DNA from: a virus
Lineage: Duplodnaviria; Heunggongvirae; Uroviricota; Caudoviricetes
IMG/VR virus record: IMGVR_UViG_2648501437_000019
Location: 1 to 21,072 of that record
Strand: one strand, 5' to 3'
Length of the DNA stretch: 21,072 nt
Positions within the stretch are counted from its first letter, which is position 1, and each line of letters starts with the position of its first letter. The notes under the pieces were generated by a model. That model saw only the letters and a list, made by a program, of their open reading frames with translations. It was not told the DNA's origin and made no database searches. Below are positions 7,030 to 15,356 of the stretch, piece after piece. The translations under genes and the position numbers were made by a program.

Positions 7030-7554
7030 TTAAAATGGAAGGATTCGTTCAACCCAATCGAAGAAAACAAGTATTTTTCTGCCGTCTTCTAACTTAAGAG
7101 TGACCTGGCAAGCATCAACGCCTCTTGACACCCCTTCAATTTCACGACCGTCTGCCATGTAGACCCTTATAGATTGGTCGTTTTGATAAGCCTTGCGACA
7201 TATCGCAAAAAAGTCACGGCGTGATGGCTGATTGTCAACATAGTCTGGATGTATTGTTAGCCTACCTTTGAACTCGCGAGCAATGCCATCGATTACACCT
7301 GATTCAATTGTGCTAATGCGCTCAAGTGGGAGTCTTATACGATTTTCTTTATCATATGGAAGCGGGCATAAATCTAGCTTATTGCGGGAAGGCATTGTCC
7401 CCTGAACGTACATGCAAAACACCTGACCGTCTTCAAGCGTGACTCTTACAGGAATGTTGTTCTTCCGCCAGAACATAAGTATGTTTTCAGCATGTTCGTA
7501 GTCTCGCGGCCAGACTTCAGCCGGTATGCCGTAGGTGATGTCCGATGTTCTCAT
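7030..7554 (-). CDS. hypothetical cytoplasmic protein (174 aa)
   Basis: The start ATG overlaps the upstream stop (ATGA at 7551-7554), so it is translationally coupled. Confidence 0.6.
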   Translation of the reverse strand: MRTSDITYGIPAEVWPRDYEHAENILMFWRKNNIPVRVTLEDGQVFCMYVQGTMPSRNKLDLCPLPYDKENRIRLPLERISTIESGVIDGIAREFKGRLTIHPDYVDNQPSRRDFFAICRKAYQNDQSIRVYMADGREIEGVSRGVDACQVTLKLEDGRKILVFFDWVERILPF

Positions 7555-8150
7555 TCTGATACTCTTAGAGGTGTTTTCAGCAACCCAAATTTAAATTCTT
7601 TGTTACCAACGACAAAGAAGGGAACCTCAACATAGATTTTTTTATCGACGGATTTAGAGTTCGCTGTTTTCTGTATGTCACGAACGATACGTTTTGAGGT
7701 ATTTTCATCGATAAACAATACCTTTCCACTTGTATTCCCTTCAGCCTTGGCGTAAGTAACGATAGGGTCTTCATTGCCAACCCTAATGTTTACTTGGCAA
7801 CCTGTTGTAGCCATTTCATCACAGTAAAGTGTGCCGTCTTGAACTTCTAAAACAATTCCAGATGGCTTCATGGCTTCGTCAGAGCTTACATTAACGTTTT
7901 CTGGTACAGCGGTCCCGTTAATTTGCAACCGTAATCTTTCTTTTCCTCCATTAAGTATTGTTTCTTCTGCGTTGTCTGAGAATCTGAACCAAACTGGCTG
8001 ATTCAGACCTCGTGATTTGTATTCTACTACATCTTCGGAGGTAAACATGCTGTACGTTTTTTGCATGTCAGAGGCGAAATCTGATAATGCGTTGGCGGAA
8101 AACGCCGGGAGGCATATACAAGCAAGGAGTAACGAAAGTTTCATTTTCAT
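7551..8150 (-). CDS. hypothetical secreted protein with N-terminal signal peptide (about 199 aa precursor)
   Basis: MKMKLSLLLACICLPAFSANA-LSD: basic n-region, hydrophobic core, AxA-type cleavage motif (ANA). The listed start at 8165 is TTG, so ATG 8150 is preferred. Confidence 0.6.
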   Translation of the reverse strand: MKMKLSLLLACICLPAFSANALSDFASDMQKTYSMFTSEDVVEYKSRGLNQPVWFRFSDNAEETILNGGKERLRLQINGTAVPENVNVSSDEAMKPSGIVLEVQDGTLYCDEMATTGCQVNIRVGNEDPIVTYAKAEGNTSGKVLFIDENTSKRIVRDIQKTANSKSVDKKIYVEVPFFVVGNKEFKFGLLKTPLRVSE

Positions 8151-8165
8151 ATCATGATAATCCAA

Positions 8166-8654
8166 TTATTTAACATCACACTTTCTAAGTTTTTCTATTT
8201 GTTCTAATTTTTCATGATCATCATTTAGATTTCCTTCGACTATCTCCGTTTCAAGTTTGCTGATTAGCATGTTAAGTGCGTTGTAGTTATTGCATTTTAC
8301 TTTGTAGGCGTAGTATGACCTTGTCCCTGGTTTTTGTACACCCATATCATTAAAGTTAGAGCTTAAAGTATAACCTTCAAGTTCAACCCCTTTTATTGTT
8401 GGAAGAATTATATTTAATGGTTCTAATTTAAATGGGTAGATATAAATATGTGATATGAAGTACTCTTCTGAAGAGATTTTCTTCATGTCTTTTGTGATTG
8501 AAACTGAATATTTACGGTTCCGAGTGATATAAAATTTTGTGCATCTGTACAGCTCTAAGTTGAATAGATAATATTTGTCTTTAAAAAGAACATCTTTTCC
8601 ATGTGATATTTTATGTCGTAAAGAGTTAATTATTTTGTTTATGGAAATACTCAT
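8166..8654 (-). CDS. hypothetical protein (162 aa), strongly AT-rich gene
   Basis: ORF with G+C about 23-30% in hand-counted 60-nt stretches; K/N/I/Y-rich product. Stop lies 15 nt upstream of the next start. Confidence 0.55.
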   Translation of the reverse strand: MSISINKIINSLRHKISHGKDVLFKDKYYLFNLELYRCTKFYITRNRKYSVSITKDMKKISSEEYFISHIYIYPFKLEPLNIILPTIKGVELEGYTLSSNFNDMGVQKPGTRSYYAYKVKCNNYNALNMLISKLETEIVEGNLNDDHEKLEQIEKLRKCDVK

Positions 8655-8763
8655 CTACAGTATCCGACCTTAGTTATCAATTGAAAAGCCTACAAATATC
8701 GTTCTGCCAATCAAGAAATTTTTTCAGCCGGAGGTGTGTACTTCAAAAAATGTGATGGATGTC

Positions 8764-8793
8764 ACATGCAGGTGCTCTCATACACCTGCATGT
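8764..8793 (-). terminator. terminator-like hairpin
   Basis: 11-bp perfect stem ACATGCAGGTG (8764-8774), 8-nt loop, CACCTGCATGT (8783-8793), 7 nt downstream of the stop at 8800; the U-run is displaced by about 17 nt. Confidence 0.35.
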
Positions 8794-8799
8794 AGACTA

Positions 8800-9366
8800 T
8801 TAATCATTCAATAATCTATATTTTCTTTTGATTAAATCTTCACCTTTTTTGGTGAACACAAAACCAAATTGCGATTTTTTGTTCAGCCTCAGTACTCTGT
8901 TATCCAACGCATCGGTTGATGGAATCAATGTTTGATCATCTATCCAATTAAGTAGCGTAAGAAAGTTCAGCAGCCTCAACGTTGTTGTGCGAAGCTCTTT
9001 CGATATATTTTCAATGCTGGCAATTCGTCTTTCTTTTTTCTCAGGTGGTACAGATAATTGTTCTTGAGGTTTCGTGGATAGATAATCAATTTCGTTTGCT
9101 GCATCGAATGATATGTGTGGCGTAATTTTGCTAAAAAAGCCTTTCGCTGACTCACTTGATAATAAACCAGACCTATTCATATCGTTTGTTATTCTGTACA
9201 GGAGTGGACTGTGTTTCATTTCAGGATAACGTTGATAAAAGTTAAGCAATTCAAAAGCAGCATTAGCACCAACAATAAAATCAGAAGGATCGCTGACTTT
9301 CCAGAAAGAATGATTTTTCTTAGCGCCAGTGGTGTCAACAAATGATAATTCTTTTAACCAACTCAT
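8800..9366 (-). CDS. hypothetical protein (188 aa)
   Basis: ATG at 9366 (MSWLKEL...) with AAAGGAG SD; the upstream in-frame ATGs at 9399 and 9396 lack an SD. Confidence 0.6.
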   Translation of the reverse strand: MSWLKELSFVDTTGAKKNHSFWKVSDPSDFIVGANAAFELLNFYQRYPEMKHSPLLYRITNDMNRSGLLSSESAKGFFSKITPHISFDAANEIDYLSTKPQEQLSVPPEKKERRIASIENISKELRTTTLRLLNFLTLLNWIDDQTLIPSTDALDNRVLRLNKKSQFGFVFTKKGEDLIKRKYRLLND

Positions 9367-9399
9367 GATGTGCTCCTTTCTAACAAGTGAGCACATCAT
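9365..9399 (-). promoter_or_regulatory. hairpin sequestering the SD and start codon of the 8800-9366 gene
   Basis: Perfect 11-bp inverted repeat ATGATGTGCTC (9365-9375) and GAGCACATCAT (9389-9399) with a 13-nt loop. On the mRNA the SD spans the loop/3'-arm junction and the ATG overlaps the end of the 3' arm. Confidence 0.45.
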
Positions 9400-9431
9400 A
9401 GAATTAGTAGATAGGGGGTAAATATAAAATG

Positions 9432-9710
9432 TTACGGCAACCTGCTCAGTATTTCCTCTAAATCTTTTTTTGTCATATTGGAGTTTTCATAGATGCGCAT
9501 GATTTTCTCACGCGTCTTAGCGGAAACCCCAACGGCAGATGTGACTTTGTCAAATTCAGCCATAGTCATCGTCTCCAGAATGGCATTGATAACTTCAGCC
9601 TTAGACATCTTGATTTTTTTCTCTTTGAGTTTTATTTGGAATTTTCCAAGTTTTTCATTGGCCTTATCAGACAATGCCACTTGGCAATAAGTTGTTTTCT
9701 TTTCGCTCAT
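9432..9710 (-). CDS. small hypothetical protein (92 aa)
   Basis: ATG 2 nt after the helicase stop codon; lysine-rich. No confident motif. Confidence 0.55.
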   Translation of the reverse strand: MSEKKTTYCQVALSDKANEKLGKFQIKLKEKKIKMSKAEVINAILETMTMAEFDKVTSAVGVSAKTREKIMRIYENSNMTKKDLEEILSRLP

Positions 9711-9712
9711 AA

Positions 9713-11272
9713 CTAATCTCGTTTCAGAACTCCAAAATCGAATGCGCCATCAATAGGCAATACACCTTCCGCAAAGCCAGGTGTGGTGTCGATGATGTGT
9801 TTTCGCTCATAAGAGTGAGACAACAGGTATTTGTTGCTAATGTCAATGAAATCAGTGATAAAACACACGTTTGCCTGATTCTTCTTGGCTCGTAAGCCAC
9901 GACCGACACGTTGTCTCATTTCAACTTCTGCTTTCCCACCACCAGCAAGAATGACCGCACCAACGCTTGGCACATCAACACCGACATCCAGAATAGTCGA
10001 GCCTATTAAAACATCTATTTCGCCAGACGCTAAACTGTTCAGCTTTGCTTGTCTTGTCGCCTGGTTCGATTCCCCATAGATAAAGTCAACTCTAAGGCCT
10101 GACTCCTTCATCATCTCCATCAGGATTTGCCCGTGGCGTTTAAGACGAACTAGAGTCATACAATTGAGAGAATGTTGCTTATAGAGCAATGCCTCGCGCA
10201 CTATGGCCTCGTTACGTCCCAAATTATACACGATCCCCAACTGATAAGCCTTTTGGTAGGCGGTGCTCATACCAACTCTAAAATTGAGGTGTTTGTTGGC
10301 AAGTTCGGCCTTGATTCTGGCCTCGTCTGGCTTGTAGGCAACTTTATGATAAAGGAAGTACGGCTTTGCCAGAATGCCTCGATCAATCAGGTACTTTTCT
10401 GTGACTTTAATTTCAATTCGCCCGGCCACCGCCATCAGACGCATGTTGGCTTCCGTCGAATCCTTCATGAACGGCGTGGCCGTAAGCGCCAGACGATAGT
10501 CTGCGTTCACACATAATCTGGCAATGTCATAGAAATTAGAACCTGAAGACTCATGCGCCTCTTCCAGAATAAGCAGAGACACACTTGAAAGGAAGCGTTT
10601 CACCAAGTCCCGACGTTTGAGGTGGTAGCTCTTCTTATCTGGAGTTGCATCGCGTGGTGGTTCTTCAAGGAAACTTGCCAGAGTTTGAACTGTAGCGACG
10701 TTGATATGTCGTGATACCTGGAACTCACCCGAGCCAATGACTCCAACCTTTTGGTCTTTTAACCACGGTTCGCCATTTTTGGCGCGGTAGTCGATGGATC
10801 TCTGGAAGTTTTCGGCCATTTGAAACATCAGAACAGAGCGGGTTGTTAAAAATAATGTCATTCGACCGATACGTGCAGCTGCTTTACAGGCAACGTTAGA
10901 TTTCCCGCCACCAGTAGCGATTTGCGCAATCATCATTCCCTCTCGAACTAGTGTTTCCACAGTCTGATCCTGATACGCATAATCAGGATTGTATGGGAAT
11001 GGGTTAACCGCCGGATTTGGTTTACCAAGCGCCGGGGCTTTGTCTTTGCGGATATGAACACATCTGATGCCCGCCTTGTTCAAGTTCGCCGCTACAGGCT
11101 TGGCAAAGCCAGCAGGGAACGAGTTTTTACTCCAGTTGAACATCGTGCTTGTGCCCTTCCAGTCGCCAGTCTCGACTTCGTAGCTCAACATTTGCTGCAC
11201 CAGTTGCTTTACCTTGTCATCTGCGCCAGAAATAAGCGCATTTACTGCGTTAGATACAATCCGAACAGTCAT
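9713..11272 (-). CDS. superfamily-2 DEAD/DEAH-box-type helicase (519 aa)
   Basis: Motif I ATGGGKS, motif II LILEEAH, motif III LTATP, motif VI QRVGRGLR; strong SD AAGGAAAGAGG upstream of the ATG at 11272. Confidence 0.85.
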   Translation of the reverse strand: MTVRIVSNAVNALISGADDKVKQLVQQMLSYEVETGDWKGTSTMFNWSKNSFPAGFAKPVAANLNKAGIRCVHIRKDKAPALGKPNPAVNPFPYNPDYAYQDQTVETLVREGMMIAQIATGGGKSNVACKAAARIGRMTLFLTTRSVLMFQMAENFQRSIDYRAKNGEPWLKDQKVGVIGSGEFQVSRHINVATVQTLASFLEEPPRDATPDKKSYHLKRRDLVKRFLSSVSLLILEEAHESSGSNFYDIARLCVNADYRLALTATPFMKDSTEANMRLMAVAGRIEIKVTEKYLIDRGILAKPYFLYHKVAYKPDEARIKAELANKHLNFRVGMSTAYQKAYQLGIVYNLGRNEAIVREALLYKQHSLNCMTLVRLKRHGQILMEMMKESGLRVDFIYGESNQATRQAKLNSLASGEIDVLIGSTILDVGVDVPSVGAVILAGGGKAEVEMRQRVGRGLRAKKNQANVCFITDFIDISNKYLLSHSYERKHIIDTTPGFAEGVLPIDGAFDFGVLKRD

Positions 11273-11354
11273 AAACCTCTTTCCTTAGTGCCTTTTGTAT
11301 GTTATTTGGCTATTATAATAAGTAAGTGATTACTTAGTGGATTGTAGCAATAAA
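11273..11354. promoter_or_regulatory. divergent promoter region between the helicase and the late plus-strand operon
   Basis: 82-bp spacer with TATAAT at 11314-11319 and the palindrome AAGTAA-GTGA-TTACTT at 11321-11336. Confidence 0.4.
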
Positions 11355-12035
11355 ATGGATGTAAAAATCACGATTTTGCAGGTTGATGTTGCCAACCTTC
11401 GCCCGAATACCTGGAACACCAATTCGGTTGGTGCGCAGAATTTTGAAAAACTGAAAGGTTCTATCGAAAAATTGGGCTTTTTTAAGCCAATTTTGGCTCG
11501 TGAACTTGAAGATGGATTTTTTGAAATCCTCGGCGGCGAACATCGCTGGCGTGCCGCTATTGAGCAAGGAATTTCAACGGTTCCGGTGCTTTCTGTGGGC
11601 AAAATTAGCGATGTCGTAGCTAAACAGATGTCACTGGTGGACAACGAGCGATACGGTGAAGACGACCAAATCGCATTGCAACGCTTCATTGAAGAAATTC
11701 AGTCAGAACTTGACTATCAACTGTCTGAAATCGCCCCGTATGACGACGAAATCTCGATGGTTTTAGCAAAAGAGGCGGCAATCGACCTTGAAGCACTGGA
11801 GGCGTTGTCTCGTGGTAGTGATGAGCCTGTCGATACCGACAAACGAGAGAAAACCGAACGTGTGGGTGCGGAACATCAGACCATGCGCTTCAAAGTAACT
11901 TTCGATGCGTCAGATCGTGTTGCAGAAACCATAAAAAACATCATCAAAGAGCAGGCTATTAACACCGGTAATGAAATGGAGAACGCTGGTGAGGCTCTGG
12001 TGTGGCTGGTCGACTACTACAAGGAGCGTATGTAA
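11355..12035 (+). CDS. ParB/Srx-like nuclease-domain protein 1
   Basis: ParB/Srx signature ILGGEHRWRAAIEQGISTVPV; acidic C-terminal half. Start taken as ATG 11355 (the listed ORF starts at GTG 11337). Confidence 0.7.
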   Translation: MDVKITILQVDVANLRPNTWNTNSVGAQNFEKLKGSIEKLGFFKPILARELEDGFFEILGGEHRWRAAIEQGISTVPVLSVGKISDVVAKQMSLVDNERYGEDDQIALQRFIEEIQSELDYQLSEIAPYDDEISMVLAKEAAIDLEALEALSRGSDEPVDTDKREKTERVGAEHQTMRFKVTFDASDRVAETIKNIIKEQAINTGNEMENAGEALVWLVDYYKERM

Positions 12036-12703
12036 TGACCAAAAAGTTTGAAATCGTATATCGCGACCCGGCAGATCTTATTCCCTATGAGATGAATGCC
12101 AAAAAGCATGATGAACAGCAGATCCGAGATCTGGCCGCAGCCATTAAAAAGCGCGGATTTGACCAGCCAATTACGGTCGATAAGAACGACGTAATTATTA
12201 CTGGCCACGGCCGCCGTGAGGCTGCAATTTTTGCTGGACTTGAGCGCGTACCGGTTATTGTTCGCGATGATCTCAGTGATGACGAGGTTCGTGCGAAGCG
12301 CCTTGAAGATAACCGACTTGCCAGCATTGATTACGATGCAATTAAGCTACAGAAAGAGCTTGAGTCGCTTGTTCTGGACGATATCGAGGTTTTCGGCTTT
12401 GAAGAGCGTGAGTTGAATGTTCTCGTTGGCAGTATGACAGAAGAAATGGACACCGACTCGCTAGTTATCGATCTTGGCGAAGAAACTAAACGACAGAAGG
12501 ATGAACACACCGAGATCAGTCGTGAAGTTGCAGCGGAAGAAGTACGTGTTGTCGACGTATTGGGCTTTAAAACGCTCCCTGCTGGCTCTGCCATTGTTGT
12601 TGGTGATTTGCTTGCCCACATGGAAGAAATGACGGGAGAAAGCGGGGTAGACGCATTTGTGGCATATGCGGAGAAGATCTCTTCTGGGGAGATGGCTGCA
12701 TGA
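12035..12703 (+). CDS. ParB/Srx-like nuclease-domain protein 2
   Basis: Signature ITGHGRREAAIFAGLERVPV; ATG overlaps the upstream stop (TAATG) with AAGGAG SD at 12021-12026. Confidence 0.7.
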   Translation: MTKKFEIVYRDPADLIPYEMNAKKHDEQQIRDLAAAIKKRGFDQPITVDKNDVIITGHGRREAAIFAGLERVPVIVRDDLSDDEVRAKRLEDNRLASIDYDAIKLQKELESLVLDDIEVFGFEERELNVLVGSMTEEMDTDSLVIDLGEETKRQKDEHTEISREVAAEEVRVVDVLGFKTLPAGSAIVVGDLLAHMEEMTGESGVDAFVAYAEKISSGEMAA

Positions 12704-13365
12704 GCAAATACATCATCAACGTATCGTTTCAGACACGCGTAAATAAAACCACGCGCACGTTGGAAATCGCTGAGTCGTTCGGGCTTGGCCTGGACGAAAA
12801 AGAGTGGACGCTTTACGACAATCTGGAGCTGGAAGTGAAGCAGGGCGATGTGGTGTATATCACCGGCCAATCCGGTTCCGGCAAATCCGTTGTGCTGCGC
12901 GAGTTGCAACGACAGATGAAGGATGAAGGGCTGTCTGTAGCCTCCATCGATGATTTTACCTTCGATAATGAGGTTAACGTCATCGATCAGTTGGGCAAAA
13001 CGACCAGCGATGCGCTTGGGTTGTTATCTATGGCTGGTCTGAACGATGCATATCTGTTTGTTCGCAAGCCTTCTGAAATGTCAGACGGTCAGAAATATCG
13101 TCTCAAGATTGCCAAACTGATTGAGTCAGGCGCTAAAGTGTGGGCTGCTGACGAGTTCGGTGCTGTTCTAGACCGTGTAACCGCTCAGGTTGTGGCATCT
13201 AACCTCCAGCGTGCCGCTCGAAAGGTTGGTGCGACGGTAATGGTGGCGACGACTCACGAAGACCTGAAGAACGCGCTGCGCCCGGATATGCAGATCACCA
13301 AGCACTACAAAGAACGCGTGAAGGTGGAATATCACAATGGTAGTCATGATGAGGTCCATTCATGA
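12700..13365 (+). CDS. ABC-type ATPase (nucleotide-binding domain only, 221 aa)
   Basis: Walker A GQSGSGKS, signature-like SDGQKYRL, Walker B VWAADEFGAVLD, H-loop TTHE; ATGA overlap with the upstream gene. Confidence 0.7.
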   Translation: MSKYIINVSFQTRVNKTTRTLEIAESFGLGLDEKEWTLYDNLELEVKQGDVVYITGQSGSGKSVVLRELQRQMKDEGLSVASIDDFTFDNEVNVIDQLGKTTSDALGLLSMAGLNDAYLFVRKPSEMSDGQKYRLKIAKLIESGAKVWAADEFGAVLDRVTAQVVASNLQRAARKVGATVMVATTHEDLKNALRPDMQITKHYKERVKVEYHNGSHDEVHS

Positions 13366-14252
13366 CGGACATCATCATCAAACGCTACCGCCCTGAAGAG
13401 TTTCCGCGTCATCTGGACTTTCTGGAGCGAATGACTGTCACAAAGGGAACTGTAGAGGACTGGCACGCTCTTAAGTCGCTTCACTACAAAACAGACGGCA
13501 AACCTTTCGCGCCAACATACTATCGCTGCGAACTGGATGACCGTCTGGTGGGCGTCGTGGTTATGGCTTACCCGAAACTACTGTTGGCACCTCGCCACCG
13601 CATGTTTCCTAAGTTGAAACCAACCACTAATACCACCGTGGCTAACCAGTACTGGGGTCGGTACGTGAATAACAACTTTGCGGTGATCAGTCGCTCAGTT
13701 GTGGATACTCAGTATCGTGGCGTAGGCGTCTCTTATCGAATGATTAACCTGGTTAGCAGGATGCATGACCGGCCAATCATTGAGATCCAGTCCTCGATGA
13801 GCAAATACAATCCCTTCGCCATGAAAGCAGGGTTTAAGTTCATCCGCCCTGAGCGACCGAAGAGCTATGAAAGTGCACTGCGTGTGTTCCAGCGCCATTT
13901 CCGCTCCGACCCGGGTGATAACGAGGCGATCGTCAAAGAGTTGTTCGCTATGAGCGAGTCTCGTCGTCGCCGTGCGCTGCGCGATTTGGTGGCGGACTAC
14001 CATAAGAACAGTTCCCTGGCAAAAGCTGGGCGGAATCGTGGCACGACGATTCAGGACATTGCCGACAGTCTGGTGGACGAGGCCAGCATTGTGAAGCTGC
14101 TCAAGGACATTCACAACCTGAGCTTTACGTCTCCGTTGTATGGTGTGTACCGAAACCCTGACTTTGGCCGTCGACTGCCTGACACGCTGCCACTGCTGGC
14201 ATTCGACAAACAACCTTTGGATAAACCGTTAGAAATTGCTTTACCGGCATAA
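13362..14252 (+). CDS. GNAT-fold (acyl-CoA N-acyltransferase-like) domain protein (296 aa)
   Basis: GNAT motif A-like VISRSVVDTQYRGVGVSYRMINLV then NPFAMKAGFKF; ATGA overlap with the ABC ATPase gene. Confidence 0.5.
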   Translation: MTDIIIKRYRPEEFPRHLDFLERMTVTKGTVEDWHALKSLHYKTDGKPFAPTYYRCELDDRLVGVVVMAYPKLLLAPRHRMFPKLKPTTNTTVANQYWGRYVNNNFAVISRSVVDTQYRGVGVSYRMINLVSRMHDRPIIEIQSSMSKYNPFAMKAGFKFIRPERPKSYESALRVFQRHFRSDPGDNEAIVKELFAMSESRRRRALRDLVADYHKNSSLAKAGRNRGTTIQDIADSLVDEASIVKLLKDIHNLSFTSPLYGVYRNPDFGRRLPDTLPLLAFDKQPLDKPLEIALPA

Positions 14253-14261
14253 GGATTTGCC

Positions 14262-14528
14262 ATGACGTTAACCGATAAACAAAAGGACATCATCAAAACG
14301 CTCAATCTCGGTTATGAGCGAGGTCATCTACTTGACCTGGACGAATTGCTTGAAGTTTTGCCGTACAAGACAACCAAGCAAAGTATCCAGTTCTCAATTC
14401 GCGCTCTGATAAAAAAGGGGCTGGTGGAGAAAGGGCATACGCGCCAACGCAGTGACAATCGCTATCACCGCCGAACTCTTGGGTTAACCACTTTAGGTCG
14501 AGCCAAAGCGAAGTTACTGGTGATGTAA
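14262..14528 (+). CDS. small winged-helix-like DNA-binding protein (88 aa)
   Basis: AAGGA SD 6 nt upstream of the ATG; helix-turn-helix-like segment QSIQFSIRALIKKGLVEKG followed by a basic tail. Confidence 0.5.
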   Translation: MTLTDKQKDIIKTLNLGYERGHLLDLDELLEVLPYKTTKQSIQFSIRALIKKGLVEKGHTRQRSDNRYHRRTLGLTTLGRAKAKLLVM

Positions 14529-14561
14529 TCGGTCTGGGAGCTTATTTAAAGACCTGCATCT

Positions 14562-14599
14562 GTATATATAAATAATAAGTAACTTATTAAATATATACG
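14562..14599. promoter_or_regulatory. AT-rich imperfect palindrome of about 38 bp upstream of terS
   Basis: GTATATATAAATAATAAGT-A-ACTTATTAAATATATAC. Followed by direct repeats AAACAAGTTG (14647-14657, 14671-14681) and a hairpin AGAGCGC/GCGCTCT (14685-14704) with a T-run. Confidence 0.45.
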
Positions 14600-14723
14600 G
14601 AAGCAGGCTTCGTAAGACATGCCAGACCTAATTAAACACCCCAGAAAACAAGTTGGTTAGCAGATGCAGTAAACAAGTTGTTTTAGAGCGCATGGACGCG
14701 CTCTGTGTGTTTTAGAGGGATCT

Positions 14724-15356
14724 ATGACGGTCGAAAAAGACGAGGTAAAAACTCGCCTGACACCAGCGGAGTGGGCCGAAGCTGAAGCCAAATGGACGTC
14801 AGGCGAATATACACTCTCAAAGCTTGAGGAAGAGTACGGCATTCGTCGTGAAACACTCTCCAGACATTTCAAAAAGCGAGGATTAGAGAAAGGCGCGGAC
14901 TCTGTTGGGAAGATGGTTCGTGAGTCTCTTAAATCTGACGCAGAGCTTCGCGCTAAAGCCCGTGCGGAAAAGATAGAAGAACGTCGTACACGTTATGACG
15001 GCTGGGCGTATGCGTTGGGGCAGATGGTGATGGTCGAAGTCACTACGGCCAAACGTGAGGGTAAGCCTTTAGGGGCGATTGAGGATTCTCTCAAGAGCTT
15101 ACAGAGAGCCAGTAATACCCTTGCAAAATGCTTTGAAGTTTCGTCCAAAGCATTGGGCATGGATCATGCGGAAAATGACGAGGAAGAAATTCCGAACCTG
15201 GTATTTGGTGAGCTTACGCCTTCCCAGGTGGCGAAATTACGTCAGGAAGACGACGAGCCTGAAATCATCGATGACGAATTGCTTGAGACGTTGGAAGAAG
15301 AAGCTCTAAGCGAATTTGATGCGACAGATGATGGAAGTGAAGGGGAGGACGAATAA
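14724..15356 (+). CDS. terS: terminase small subunit (210 aa)
   Basis: Sits directly upstream of and overlapping terL (TAATG); N-terminal HTH-like region YTLSKLEEEYGIRRETLSRHFKKRG; acidic C-terminus. Confidence 0.7.
   Translation: MTVEKDEVKTRLTPAEWAEAEAKWTSGEYTLSKLEEEYGIRRETLSRHFKKRGLEKGADSVGKMVRESLKSDAELRAKARAEKIEERRTRYDGWAYALGQMVMVEVTTAKREGKPLGAIEDSLKSLQRASNTLAKCFEVSSKALGMDHAENDEEEIPNLVFGELTPSQVAKLRQEDDEPEIIDDELLETLEEEALSEFDATDDGSEGEDE

Noticed and set aside
6702-9690. ORFs 6702-6914(+), 7577-7780(-) and 9493-9690(+)
   Set aside because: Overlap or lie antisense to the supported minus-strand genes; no SD.
9724-11689. ORFs 9724-9909(-), 9885-10079(+), 10172-10516(+), 11054-11329(+), 11330-11689(-) and 11334-11567(-)
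   Set aside because: These overlap the helicase gene or the first ParB-like gene in other frames or on the opposite strand, and lack start-site support.
12331-14305. Minus-strand ORFs 12331-12909, 13168-13359, 13695-14213 and 14111-14305
   Set aside because: Entirely antisense to the translationally coupled plus-strand operon; Ser/Arg-rich translations typical of the reverse frame of GC-richer coding sequence.
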